The translations under genes were made by a program, and so were the position numbers. The notes beneath the pieces are model-generated. The model did not search any database and was not told the DNA's origin. It saw only the letters and a program-made list of their open reading frames with translations. Shown in pieces: positions 17,807 through 26,968 of a DNA stretch of 64,000 bases. This DNA is from Bacteroidia bacterium (GTDB lineage: Bacteria; Bacteroidota; Bacteroidia; AKYH767-A; 2013-40CM-41-45): positions 88,464 to 152,463 of the forward strand of contig JBBRND010000001.1 of the NCBI GenBank assembly GCA_038230515.1. Direction: 5' to 3'. Each line of letters opens with the position of its first letter. Position 1 is the stretch's first letter.

Positions 17807-19750
17807 TTGGATCACCCCGATTCTTATCATCCCGTTTTTTTTCTACTCCAGATTTCTACGGGAATCATCAATTCTGATTTTACTTTTTCGATGGCTTTTC
17901 TCAGTGGCTGCCTCGTTTTGCTCGCGCTACTCTTTACTTCGGGTTTTATTTCCGGTGCCGAAACTTCGTTTTTCTCAATCACACCTGCCCAGCTTTTTTC
18001 CCTCAAAGATTCAAAGAGCAAAAGAGAAAAAATGATCTACCATTTGCTGAACAAGCCGAAAGGATTGCTGGCTACGCTGCTCATCACCATAAACTTCGTA
18101 AACATTGCCATCGTTGTGCTCTCCTCATTGCTCATCAACCTGGTTTTTAATTTCAGCGCTCATGAAAGAGTGGGCTTTGTTATACAGGTAGTAGCGGTAA
18201 CGTTCGTCATTGTATTGTTTTGCGAAGTGATGCCCAAAGTATATGCGCAGCAAAACGCTTTGCGCACAGCCCGCATCAGTGTGTTTCCGGTTTTTGTTCT
18301 CGATAAATTGCTGAAGCCGCTTAGTTATTTTCTCGTGGCCTCCACTTCATTTGTAGAGAAAAGAATTAAAAGGAAAAGTTACGATGTAAATATTGATGAA
18401 CTCAATCACGCTATTGATATTACTTCGAATAAAGACACTCCGGAGGAGGAGAAAAAAATTCTGAAAGGCATTGCGCGCTTTGGTAATATTGACGTGAAGC
18501 AGATCATGAAACCGCGGATGGATGTGGTTGCCTTTGACAACGAAAAAAAATTCAGCGAATTGATTCCTGTCATTCTCGAAACGCGCTATTCACGCATCCC
18601 GGTTTTTAAAGAATCGTTCGATAGTGTTATTGGGGTACTTTATACCAAAGACCTTCTTCCATTTCTTAATCGTAAGGAAGATGATTCGTTTCAGTGGCAA
18701 TCGCTCGTGAGGCAGGCATACTTTGTTCCGGAGAGTAAAAAGATAAACGATCTGCTTCAGGAATTTCAGGAAAAGAAAATGCACCTCGCCATTGTAGTGG
18801 ATGAGTACGGAGGCAACTCAGGCATTGTAACGCTCGAAGATATTCTGGAAGAAATTGTGGGAGAAATAAATGATGAGTTTGACGAAGAAGAACTCACCTA
18901 TTCAAAACTTGACGATCATAATTTTGTGTTTGATGGAAAAGCATTGCTGAACGATGTGTGTCGCGTAACAGAACTCGACCGAAAATTTTTTGAGTCGAAA
19001 AACGATGATGTGGATACGCTGGCAGGATTGATACTGGAACTTTCTGGCAGCATACCTGTCCGCGGAGAAATTGTAGAGCACAACGGAATAAAATTAAAGA
19101 TTGAATCAGCAGACCGGAGACGAATTAAGCGCGTGAAGATTTCATTGCCCGAATCAACCATTTCAAAAAATAAAACAGGAACCGTTCCGGTGATCGTTTT
19201 TTTTATTCTCACCACTTTTTTATCAGCATGTAATCAAGAATATTCTCCAAAGCCAAAAGGATTCTTCCGCATTACACTTCCGAAAAAAGAATATCAGCAT
19301 TTTTCCCCGGCTGATTGTCCGTTTGAATTTGAAATGCCTGTGTATGCAACTACATCGCGCGATTCTTCACGCCTTGCAGAGCCATGTTTTATGGATGTAA
19401 ATTTCCCAGCGTTCAATGCAACAATTTATCTCACGTACAAACCGGTGAAAAATGATTTGCAAAAATTGTATGAAGACCACCGCAGCATGACGATGAAACA
19501 TATTCCGAAAGCAAATGCAATTGAGGAAGAAACATACAATGATGCACCACACAAGGTTTATGGCAGCCGGTACAATATTAAAGGCAATGCAGCGAGCAAT
19601 ACACAGTTCTATTTAACCGACAGCACAGCTAATTTCATTCGCGGCTCGCTTTATTTTTATTCCATGCCACAACCCGACAGCATTGCACCTGTGCTGGCTT
19701 TCATCAATGAAGACGTAAAACATTTGATCGAAACTTTTCGCTGGAAATAA
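17807..19750 (+). CDS. gldE: GldE-like CNNM/CorC-type protein (DUF21 + CBS pair + CorC_HlyC) continuous in frame with a GldD-like lipoprotein
   Basis: The N-terminal 4-TM domain, CBS region and C-terminal RRRIKRVKISL resemble GldE. From about 19145 a signal peptide with lipobox (FFILTTFLSAC) and a GldD-like body follow with no stop codon between. Start is uncertain (TTG 17807 or ATG 17891). Confidence 0.8.
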   Translation: MDHPDSYHPVFFLLQISTGIINSDFTFSMAFLSGCLVLLALLFTSGFISGAETSFFSITPAQLFSLKDSKSKREKMIYHLLNKPKGLLATLLITINFVNIAIVVLSSLLINLVFNFSAHERVGFVIQVVAVTFVIVLFCEVMPKVYAQQNALRTARISVFPVFVLDKLLKPLSYFLVASTSFVEKRIKRKSYDVNIDELNHAIDITSNKDTPEEEKKILKGIARFGNIDVKQIMKPRMDVVAFDNEKKFSELIPVILETRYSRIPVFKESFDSVIGVLYTKDLLPFLNRKEDDSFQWQSLVRQAYFVPESKKINDLLQEFQEKKMHLAIVVDEYGGNSGIVTLEDILEEIVGEINDEFDEEELTYSKLDDHNFVFDGKALLNDVCRVTELDRKFFESKNDDVDTLAGLILELSGSIPVRGEIVEHNGIKLKIESADRRRIKRVKISLPESTISKNKTGTVPVIVFFILTTFLSACNQEYSPKPKGFFRITLPKKEYQHFSPADCPFEFEMPVYATTSRDSSRLAEPCFMDVNFPAFNATIYLTYKPVKNDLQKLYEDHRSMTMKHIPKANAIEEETYNDAPHKVYGSRYNIKGNAASNTQFYLTDSTANFIRGSLYFYSMPQPDSIAPVLAFINEDVKHLIETFRWK

Positions 19751-19785
19751 ATTCTTGTTGTTACTTTCGCAGCCCATTCAATCTA

Positions 19786-20634
19786 ATGAAATTAAAAGCG
19801 GTACTTCTTATTATATTAACAGCGCTATCCACAGGTTCTTCAGCGCAGTTAATCCCAATTACGCCAGGAAAAAATAAAGGAGCTGTTTACCTGATGTGGG
19901 GATACAACCGCGACTGGTTTTCCAAAAGCGATATTCATTTTCATGGCACGTATCCGAATACTTACGAGAGCGGGAAAGGTGCCGGGCAGGAATACGATTT
20001 CACATTGTTAAATGTCAAGGCAGAGGATAGACCGCAATTTAATCACATTGCCGATTGGAACATTACCATTCCACAATTTTATTATCGTGTTGGTTATTAC
20101 TTTCCGAGTGAAAAAATTATCGGCATTGAAGTTGGTTTCGATCATGTGAAATATGTAATGAATTCAAACCAAACATTGCGGGTGCAAGGGCAAGTGTATG
20201 AAAAAGGAATTGATAAAGTGGTTACAGTTGACAAAGACACATTTGTTACGGATCACTTTGTACACTTCGAGCATACTAACGGTGCCAATTACATCATGCT
20301 TAGTTTTGTGAGAGGAATGGAATTGCTTACCACCAGAAGCGAGGTGCACACCATTTTATGTTTGGTAAAACCCGGTGCAGGAATTGTGTTTCCACGATCC
20401 GATGTTACCATAAATGACGACCGAAAGGATAATGCATTTCACGTGGCTGGTTACGTAGCAGGACTTGAAGTTTCGTTCCGCTATCTTTTCGATCAACATG
20501 TTTTTCTGGAAACCGCTGCGAAAGGGTGTTATGCAAACTATTCCAATGTGCTTACCACTCAGGGCAACACTGCGAATCATTCCTTCACAAGTTTTGAATG
20601 GCTCTTTTCAATCGGCTATCAGTTTCACTTGTGA
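19786..20634 (+). CDS. hypothetical outer-membrane beta-barrel-like protein
   Basis: Signal peptide MKLKAVLLIILTALSTGSSA, an alternating-strand pattern and an aromatic-rich C-terminus. Confidence 0.6.
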   Translation: MKLKAVLLIILTALSTGSSAQLIPITPGKNKGAVYLMWGYNRDWFSKSDIHFHGTYPNTYESGKGAGQEYDFTLLNVKAEDRPQFNHIADWNITIPQFYYRVGYYFPSEKIIGIEVGFDHVKYVMNSNQTLRVQGQVYEKGIDKVVTVDKDTFVTDHFVHFEHTNGANYIMLSFVRGMELLTTRSEVHTILCLVKPGAGIVFPRSDVTINDDRKDNAFHVAGYVAGLEVSFRYLFDQHVFLETAAKGCYANYSNVLTTQGNTANHSFTSFEWLFSIGYQFHL

Positions 20635-21642
20635 GAAGAAGAAGAGTGCAGTGATTAAAGAGGAGAAAAGAAAAAATCCCCCTATCTGATGCAGCGCAGC
20701 TAATACAACCGGGACATGATATAGCAGTGTGAATAATCCCAACAAAAACTGAACACACACAGCAAGCAAACAAACATTGATTGCTTTTGTCTGATGAACT
20801 GAGAGATTTTCTTTTCTGCATCTCCACCACAAAATAAAAATCAAGATTACAATGGTGAATGCAAGCAGACGGTGAATAAACTGTACCGTTAGAAGGTTTT
20901 CAAAAAGATTTATGTAAGCGGGACTCATTGCATTGATGCCTGACGGGATCCATTCTCCATCCATTTTCGGAAAAGTATTTGCAAGTAACCCGGCATGAAG
21001 TCCGGCAACGAATGCACCGTAGATGAGTTGAACAATAACAACTCCGAGAATCAGTTTTAAGAATGAGGAAATTTTTCTGATATGATTGTTCTCTTTTCTC
21101 TCAAACAGCAATTGCAGCGCATACCAGAATGTAAGACCAAATGTTATGAATGCTGCAATGAGATGTATCGCCAAACGGTAATGGCTCACGCTGGTGCGCT
21201 CTGTCAATCCGCTCTTCACCATAAACCAGCCAAGGAAACCCTGAAAGCCACCGAGCGCAAAAAGAAAAACTGATTTGCGAATCCATTCTTTGTTTAATTT
21301 TTTTTTCCATAAAAAATAAATAAATGGGAGAAGAAATACGACACCGATCGCGCGCCCGATAACCCGATGAAGATATTCCCAAAAAAAAATCTGTTTGAAA
21401 TCCGAGAGCCCAAAATCGTAATTCAGCTTTTGATATTGCGGAATCTGTTTGTACTTATCAAACGCTTCCTGCCATTGATTCTCGTTGTGCGGAGGAATTG
21501 CACCCATCATTACATTCCATTCTGTTATTGAAAGTCCCGAACCGGTAAGCCGCGTGATGCCACCAACTACCACCATTGAAAAAATAAGAAAGCATCCTGC
21601 AAGAAGCCAGAGAGCAACTTTCTTTTTATCCGCATCCATCAT
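20608..21642 (-). CDS. ctaA: heme A synthase (COX15/CtaA family)
   Basis: 8 TM segments with conserved His in HRVIGR, HLIAAF and HRLLAF. Confidence 0.85.
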   Translation of the reverse strand: MMDADKKKVALWLLAGCFLIFSMVVVGGITRLTGSGLSITEWNVMMGAIPPHNENQWQEAFDKYKQIPQYQKLNYDFGLSDFKQIFFWEYLHRVIGRAIGVVFLLPFIYFLWKKKLNKEWIRKSVFLFALGGFQGFLGWFMVKSGLTERTSVSHYRLAIHLIAAFITFGLTFWYALQLLFERKENNHIRKISSFLKLILGVVIVQLIYGAFVAGLHAGLLANTFPKMDGEWIPSGINAMSPAYINLFENLLTVQFIHRLLAFTIVILIFILWWRCRKENLSVHQTKAINVCLLAVCVQFLLGLFTLLYHVPVVLAALHQIGGFFLFSSLITALFFFSQVKLIAD

Positions 21643-21683
21643 GTGCGCGAAGGTAATTATTGGAAAAGTTTTCGTGCATCTTC

Positions 21684-21691
21684 TATCTTTG
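21684..21691 (+). promoter_or_regulatory. putative -7 box TATCTTTG upstream of ybeY
   Basis: Matches TAnnTTTG. Only 4 nt separate the box from ATG 21696, which implies a very short or absent leader. Confidence 0.3.
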
Positions 21692-21695
21692 CGAG

Positions 21696-22133
21696 ATGAG
21701 TAAAAAAGAGTTCTTTCATTTTTTTAAAGAAGGTGTGAAGTTTCGTTTCCAAAATCAGGAAGCGTTGAAGGAATGGATTGAAAGCGCATTCAAAAAAAAT
21801 AGAACGAAAGTTGAAAGCATCAGTTACATTTTCTGTGACGACAAATACCTACTTAAACTTAACAAGGATTTTCTTCAGCATAATTATTTTACGGACATCA
21901 TCACCTTTGATAATTCCGAACAGAAAGAAAAAATTGAAGCTGATATTTTTATTTCTATTGACCGCGTTACCGCAAACTCAAAAAAATTCAACACCACTTT
22001 TCAGAATGAACTTCATCGTGTGATGATTCATGGTGCGCTGCATCTCATCGGCTACAGCGACAAGACAAGAAAGGATGAAAGGGTGATGCGGGAGGCAGAA
22101 GAGTATTGGTTAAATAAAAGAAATTTTGTTTAG
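21696..22133 (+). CDS. ybeY: rRNA maturation RNase YbeY
   Basis: HRVMIHGALHLIGYSD zinc-binding H-x-x-x-H-x-x-x-x-x-H motif. 145 aa from ATG 21696. Confidence 0.9.
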   Translation: MSKKEFFHFFKEGVKFRFQNQEALKEWIESAFKKNRTKVESISYIFCDDKYLLKLNKDFLQHNYFTDIITFDNSEQKEKIEADIFISIDRVTANSKKFNTTFQNELHRVMIHGALHLIGYSDKTRKDERVMREAEEYWLNKRNFV

Positions 22134-23095
22134 AAGCAGGTTGCCATTATCAATCCAATCAAAGCCCATGCTGCCAGTTCATAGATCCAAAATCTCCGCT
22201 TTGCTGAAAGAAAATAATACGCCAAAAAAACCGAGAACGGAATGGCAAGTTGTGTGAAGTGATAAAAAGAAATCTGCGGAAGAAAAAACAACCCTGCAAC
22301 CGAGAGAATAAAAAACACAAAAAGTATTTCCTGCGTGCTTCTTGTCTTGATGGCGTTCCTGTAAAAGTTAGTTCGCAAGCGAACAAGGGCAAGCACAATC
22401 AACAATAAGAGGTAACCTGCAAAAGCGATCAGTGATTTAGTCAATGCTAATTCAGGGTGAATTTTATGCAATGAAAATTTTGAAAAAAAGTTATGTGCCG
22501 ATGAAGAAAGTGAATCTGTCCAGAAACCATACACCGCAACAAAAAAGAATGGCAACAGGAATCCTACAACTGCAATCATGAATTCACGGAAACTGAACGA
22601 GCGTAGATTGTTTATCGAATACAGAAACAGAAAAAACAAAATGAACGAGGGAAAATAAATGAGTGTGGAAACCGCGACCAGAAAACTGCTGTCGAATATC
22701 CCTGAGATTGGAGAGTCGTTTTTAAAAAGGGAAAACGTTCGATCGAGTGCACATATAATGATGAGGTTGGAAATAATCAGCGGATGAAATACCAACACAT
22801 CGCGATGAAAGCTCATCAGGATGACATAGAAAAATGCAGGTAAGTAAGAGTGACGGTAAAGTACCTCATGTTTGTTCACCACTGCATTCAGATAAATACC
22901 CCCAGCAGCAACCAATACAATTGAAATAATTATGCGTGCGTATTCCGGAATCTGCATCACCCAGTTTAAGAGTGCACTGTCGAATGAAACAATTGGAAGA
23001 CCGGTTTTAAAGAAACCAGGCAACCAAAATACGAGTGCTACCAGGGGAATGGTGAAAAGGGCAGCGGGTTGAATAGTTTTAAAGAAACGGATCAT
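22130..23095 (-). CDS. polytopic membrane protein, uncharacterised
   Basis: About 9 TM segments. Start set at ATG 23095 (MIRFFKT). Confidence 0.7.
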   Translation of the reverse strand: MIRFFKTIQPAALFTIPLVALVFWLPGFFKTGLPIVSFDSALLNWVMQIPEYARIIISIVLVAAGGIYLNAVVNKHEVLYRHSYLPAFFYVILMSFHRDVLVFHPLIISNLIIICALDRTFSLFKNDSPISGIFDSSFLVAVSTLIYFPSFILFFLFLYSINNLRSFSFREFMIAVVGFLLPFFFVAVYGFWTDSLSSSAHNFFSKFSLHKIHPELALTKSLIAFAGYLLLLIVLALVRLRTNFYRNAIKTRSTQEILFVFFILSVAGLFFLPQISFYHFTQLAIPFSVFLAYYFLSAKRRFWIYELAAWALIGLIMATCF

Positions 23096-23141
23096 GGTGG
23101 ACAAAGTAGAGAAAAATAGTTTTACGATGCGAAGAAATTTC

Positions 23142-23149
23142 TATTTTTG
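23142..23149 (+). promoter_or_regulatory. putative -7 box TATTTTTG
   Basis: Matches TAnnTTTG, 28 nt upstream of ATG 23177. Confidence 0.35.
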
Positions 23150-23176
23150 CGGCAACTTTAAAAAACGATTTCAATT

Positions 23177-23347
23177 ATGTGGTCAAGTATCTGGAATGCC
23201 ATTGCAAGTTTCTTTCAGTTCATCTTCAAGATTATGAATGCAGTATCTCCGTTCTGGAATAAGATGCTCATCTTTATCGGCTTCTTTGCTTTTTTTACCT
23301 GGCTGTGGTATATGAGCAAACATAAAGACGTAGAAAAATTTGATTAA
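23177..23347 (+). CDS. small (56 aa) predicted membrane protein, below the ORF-track cutoff
   Basis: Hand translation: MWSSIWNAIASFFQFIFKIMNAVSPFWNKMLIFIGFFAFFTWLWYMSKHKDVEKFD. Two hydrophobic helices, a -7 box upstream and a weak hairpin plus T-run downstream. Confidence 0.45.
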   Translation: MWSSIWNAIASFFQFIFKIMNAVSPFWNKMLIFIGFFAFFTWLWYMSKHKDVEKFD

Positions 23348-23462
23348 GAATTTTTTTTTCATCTCAAAGTCCTGCTCATCTTTTATGGATTGGCAGGATT
23401 TCTTTTTGGTGAAAACGACACCTACATCAACTCAATTAACTTAATCAACCCAACTTTCCTCC

Positions 23463-24851
23463 ATGTTGTCTCATACGAAAATAATAAACCTTCTTTCTTC
23501 AACTGAAGTTGACAGGGAAGTAACCGCTAAAGGATGGGTGCGAACCAAACGCGGAAATAAAAATGTTGCCTTCATCGCACTTAATGACGGTAGTATCATT
23601 CACAACATACAAGTGGTTGCCGAGGTTGTAAAATTTTCGGAAGAGTTGATGAAAGAAATTACAACAGGTGCCTGCCTGTGTGTGAAAGGAACACTTGTAA
23701 AATCTCAAGGACAGGGACAGAGCGTGGAGATTCAGGCAAAAGAAATTGAAGTGTACGGTTCGGCTGATGTGGAAACATTTCCGTTGCAGAAGAAAGGGCA
23801 CACCATGGAATTCCTCCGCGAGAATGCTCACCTGCGCCCACGCACGAATACATTTGGCGCGGTGTTTCGTTTGCGCCATCACATGTCTTTTGCGATACAT
23901 AAATTTTTTAACGACAAAGGTTTTTTTAATGTACATACGCCCATCATTACAGGCAGCGATGCAGAAGGTGCAGGAGAAATGTTTCATGTCACCACGCTTG
24001 ATTTAAAAAACCCTCCGAAAAATCCTGACGGTAGCATCAATTACAAAGAAGATTTTTTCGGAAAGGAAACAAACCTTACTGTGAGTGGTCAGCTTGAAGG
24101 AGAGCTTGCTGCGCTTGCGCTTGGATTAATTTACACCTTCGGTCCTACATTCCGTGCGGAGAATTCAAACACACCGCGCCACCTTGCTGAGTTCTGGATG
24201 ATAGAGCCGGAGATGGCTTTCTATGACATCAACGACAACATGGATCTCGCGGAAGAGATGTTGAAGTACCTCATTCAATACGCACTTGACACTGCAATCA
24301 GCGATCTGGAGTTTCTGAATAACATGTACGACAAGGAACTTCTTGCGCGGCTGAAATCTGTAATTGAAAAACCGTTTACACGTTTAACTTACACCGAAGC
24401 TGTTGAGGTGCTGATGCAAAACAATTCTAAGTTTGAATTCAAGGTAGAGTGGGGAACTGACTTGCAGAAGGAGCATGAAAATTATCTCGTAGAACATTTT
24501 AAAGGTCCTGTAATTCTTACCGGCTATCCGAAAAACATCAAAGCATTTTACATGAAGCAGAATGAGGACGGCAAAACCGTTCGTGCGATGGATGTTCTCT
24601 TTCCGTGGATCGGAGAAATTATTGGCGGTTCGCAGCGTGAAGATAATTTGGAAAAACTTTCTGCGCGCATGCGTGAGATGCACATTCCGGAAAAAGAAAT
24701 GAGTTGGTATCTTGATACGCGCAGGTTTGGCTCATGTCCTCATGCCGGCTTCGGGCTGGGCTTTGAGCGGCTTATGCTTTTTGTAACCGGCATGACGAAC
24801 ATCCGCGATGTAATGCCTTTCCCGCGCACACCGGGGAGTGCGGAGTTTTAA
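23463..24851 (+). CDS. asnS: asparagine--tRNA ligase
   Basis: Class II motifs [21 protein letters not shown] and GFGLGFERL, with an OB-fold N-terminus. Confidence 0.95.
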   Translation: MLSHTKIINLLSSTEVDREVTAKGWVRTKRGNKNVAFIALNDGSIIHNIQVVAEVVKFSEELMKEITTGACLCVKGTLVKSQGQGQSVEIQAKEIEVYGSADVETFPLQKKGHTMEFLRENAHLRPRTNTFGAVFRLRHHMSFAIHKFFNDKGFFNVHTPIITGSDAEGAGEMFHVTTLDLKNPPKNPDGSINYKEDFFGKETNLTVSGQLEGELAALALGLIYTFGPTFRAENSNTPRHLAEFWMIEPEMAFYDINDNMDLAEEMLKYLIQYALDTAISDLEFLNNMYDKELLARLKSVIEKPFTRLTYTEAVEVLMQNNSKFEFKVEWGTDLQKEHENYLVEHFKGPVILTGYPKNIKAFYMKQNEDGKTVRAMDVLFPWIGEIIGGSQREDNLEKLSARMREMHIPEKEMSWYLDTRRFGSCPHAGFGLGFERLMLFVTGMTNIRDVMPFPRTPGSAEF

Positions 24852-24863
24852 GCAGTCCCAAAA

Positions 24864-26510
24864 TTACTGCTTCACAAATTTACTTCGGAAAACTTTTGTG
24901 CCGCTTGTTACTTCGAGGTAATACATTCCTGAAGCAAAGAGTCTACAGTCCACAGTCCTCAATCGGCAGTCCACAGCCGAGAAAACTTTTTCTCCCATGA
25001 GATTGTAAATTGAAATGTCTATTTCTTTTTTGTCTTTGAGAAACGAACCTGTTATTTCTAATTTATCAACGACAGGATTAGGATGTATTTCTGCGGACTG
25101 TGGATTGAAGACTGCTGACTGCGCGGAAGCGATGACATTAAACACTGCCGCCTCCACCTCACACCCATTCGCATCTGAGCATACTACATTTTAATCCCCG
25201 CTTGATGGTGCTACATAAAAATAATTTGTTGCACCGTTGATGATATTGCCATTGAAGTACCACTGATAAGTTGCTGCTCCTGCATTTGCAAAGAGTGTAT
25301 CTCCGCTTTGGGCGATTCCCTGCGGTGCGGGTGGAGGATAAACTATAATGTAATTGCTAAGTAAAAGTGTATCGCTGCCGTTTGTGTTTGTTGCTATAAG
25401 TTGCACATCGTAGCTGCCGGAGTTTGCATAGCAAATGTTTGTTGGATTGGTGGCTGTGCTTGTATCGGGTGTGGCTCCGGGGAATGACCATTGGTAAGAA
25501 GTTGCGTTGGAGGAGAGATTGAGAAAGGAAGTGCAGGTGCCGGGGCAGATATGATTTGGTGCACTGAAAGATGCTATAGAATTACAAGCATTAATATCAG
25601 GTGTATATTCCCAAAAATCATTATAACATGTAGCCCCCCCATACCTGCCTAATCCAATATATCCCTTACTCGATATAGAAAAATAGGCCAGCTCATCCCG
25701 GATTGTACCAGGAAAATTTGTTTTTTGAACCCATGCATTCGTAGTCGGATTATATTCCCATAAATCATTTTGAAACGTTCCGATAGCGGGTCCTTCACCG
25801 CAACCATAATATCCTTTATCGCAAATGGCAAATGCAGCAGCATCACCTCTTGAGCCTCCCGCAAAATTTACTTTCTGAGTCCATGAATCGGTAATACTAT
25901 TGTACTCCCATAAATCAGATAAAAACACTCCAGCATAACCGCAAATAATATAAGCATTCGTTCCGATTACGAAACAATTTGCATCTTCCCTTGCCAGTCC
26001 GGTAAGGTTTGTCTTCTGCGACCATGTATCTGCAGAGGGATCGTACTGTCAAATATCATTTGAGGGTGCGCCAGTGCTTATATAGCCAAAATTACCTATT
26101 GAAAAGCCCGCTGCTGCATACCTGGCACCTCCTGCAAAATTTGCTTTGGGTGGCCAGTTATTTGCTATTGTATCATATTCCCAAAAATCATTTACCGAGT
26201 TGAATAAACTATCTCTTCCGAGCCCTGCATACCCTTTATTGCCTACTGAGAAACCTACGGGTGCCTGCCTACCAAGACCACCATAATCTGCTTTCTGTGT
26301 CCATACATTTGTTGCAGGATCATACTCCCAGAATTCTTTGACGTTATTTATGAAACAGGAATAACCACATCCTACATATCCTTTAGTTCCAATGGAAAAA
26401 CAAAAAGGATAATTATAGCCCATTCCCGGATAAGAAGTTTTCTGGGTCCAGTAATCAGCCCGTGCAATCAGCGAACAAAAAATAAAAACTCCAACCAAAA
26501 CTTTTTTCAT
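24864..26510 (-). pseudogene. T9SS-sorted Kelch-like beta-propeller / PKD-domain protein interrupted by two in-frame stop codons
   Basis: Track ORFs 26049-26510, 25191-25928 and 24864-25157 are all in one frame. TGA at 26049-26051 sits where the repeat D-[FL]-W-E-Y-[DN]-P requires Trp. TAA at 25191-25193 sits where SGD-Y-NVVCSDANGC expects Tyr. N-terminal signal peptide and C-terminal T9SS CTD are both present. Confidence 0.75.
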
Positions 26511-26619
26511 CCCCTCAAATGTAGTAAAGTATTTGCATCAGCATAAAACCGGTGGGTACTTAATAGTAAAGGTGTGCGTTTGCAACAGAAGCAATATTCC
26601 CTTTTTGTGCATTTTTCGG

Positions 26620-26903
26620 GTTTCCAGTTCTGGAAGTGCCATCCTGAACGTTCAGACCCCTACTTGCAGAAATGGAAGTGCCATCCTGAACGTTCAGACC
26701 CCTGCTTCCAGAAATGGAAGTACCATGCTGAACGTTCAGACCCCTGCTTCCGGAAATGGAAGTGCCATCCTGAACGTTCAGACCCCTGCTTCCAGAAATG
26801 GAAATACCATGCTGAACGTTCAGACCCCCGCTTCCAGAAATGGAAGTGCCATGCTGAACGTTCAGACCCCTACTTCCAGAAATGGAAATGCATGCTGCAT
26901 TCC
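26620..26903. repeat. 42-bp tandem repeat C (6 full units plus partials), each with the 12-bp palindrome CTGAACGTTCAG
   Basis: Units start at 26632, 26674, 26716, 26758, 26800 and 26842 (GGAAGTGCCATCCTGAACGTTCAGACCCCTGCTTCCAGAAAT). Roughly 88-100 percent identity between units by eye. Confidence 0.95.
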
Positions 26904-26968
26904 CATGGGGAATTCATCCTGTCAAAACCCCTCACCACACAAAACCTTTCCAATATCTTTGCCCTTTC

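Noticed and set aside
20608-20634. 27-nt convergent overlap between the outer-membrane ORF and ctaA, and the 4-nt overlap of ybeY with the 22130 ORF.
   Set aside because: Short 3'-3' overlaps are common in compact genomes. No additional signal was seen.
26049-26051. In-frame TGA at a conserved Trp position: genetic code 4/25 or selenocysteine?
   Set aside because: TGA terminates conserved proteins at their expected C-termini elsewhere in the window (carboxylase ...HGNIPL-TGA at 14506-14508; DUF433 at 57048-57050). Long ORFs are otherwise standard. The same gene also carries an in-frame TAA, so a pseudogene is the simpler reading.
26620-26903. Could the 42-bp repeats be a CRISPR array?
   Set aside because: The units are directly adjacent with no unique spacers between them. 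No cas genes or leader are present. It is a plain tandem repeat.
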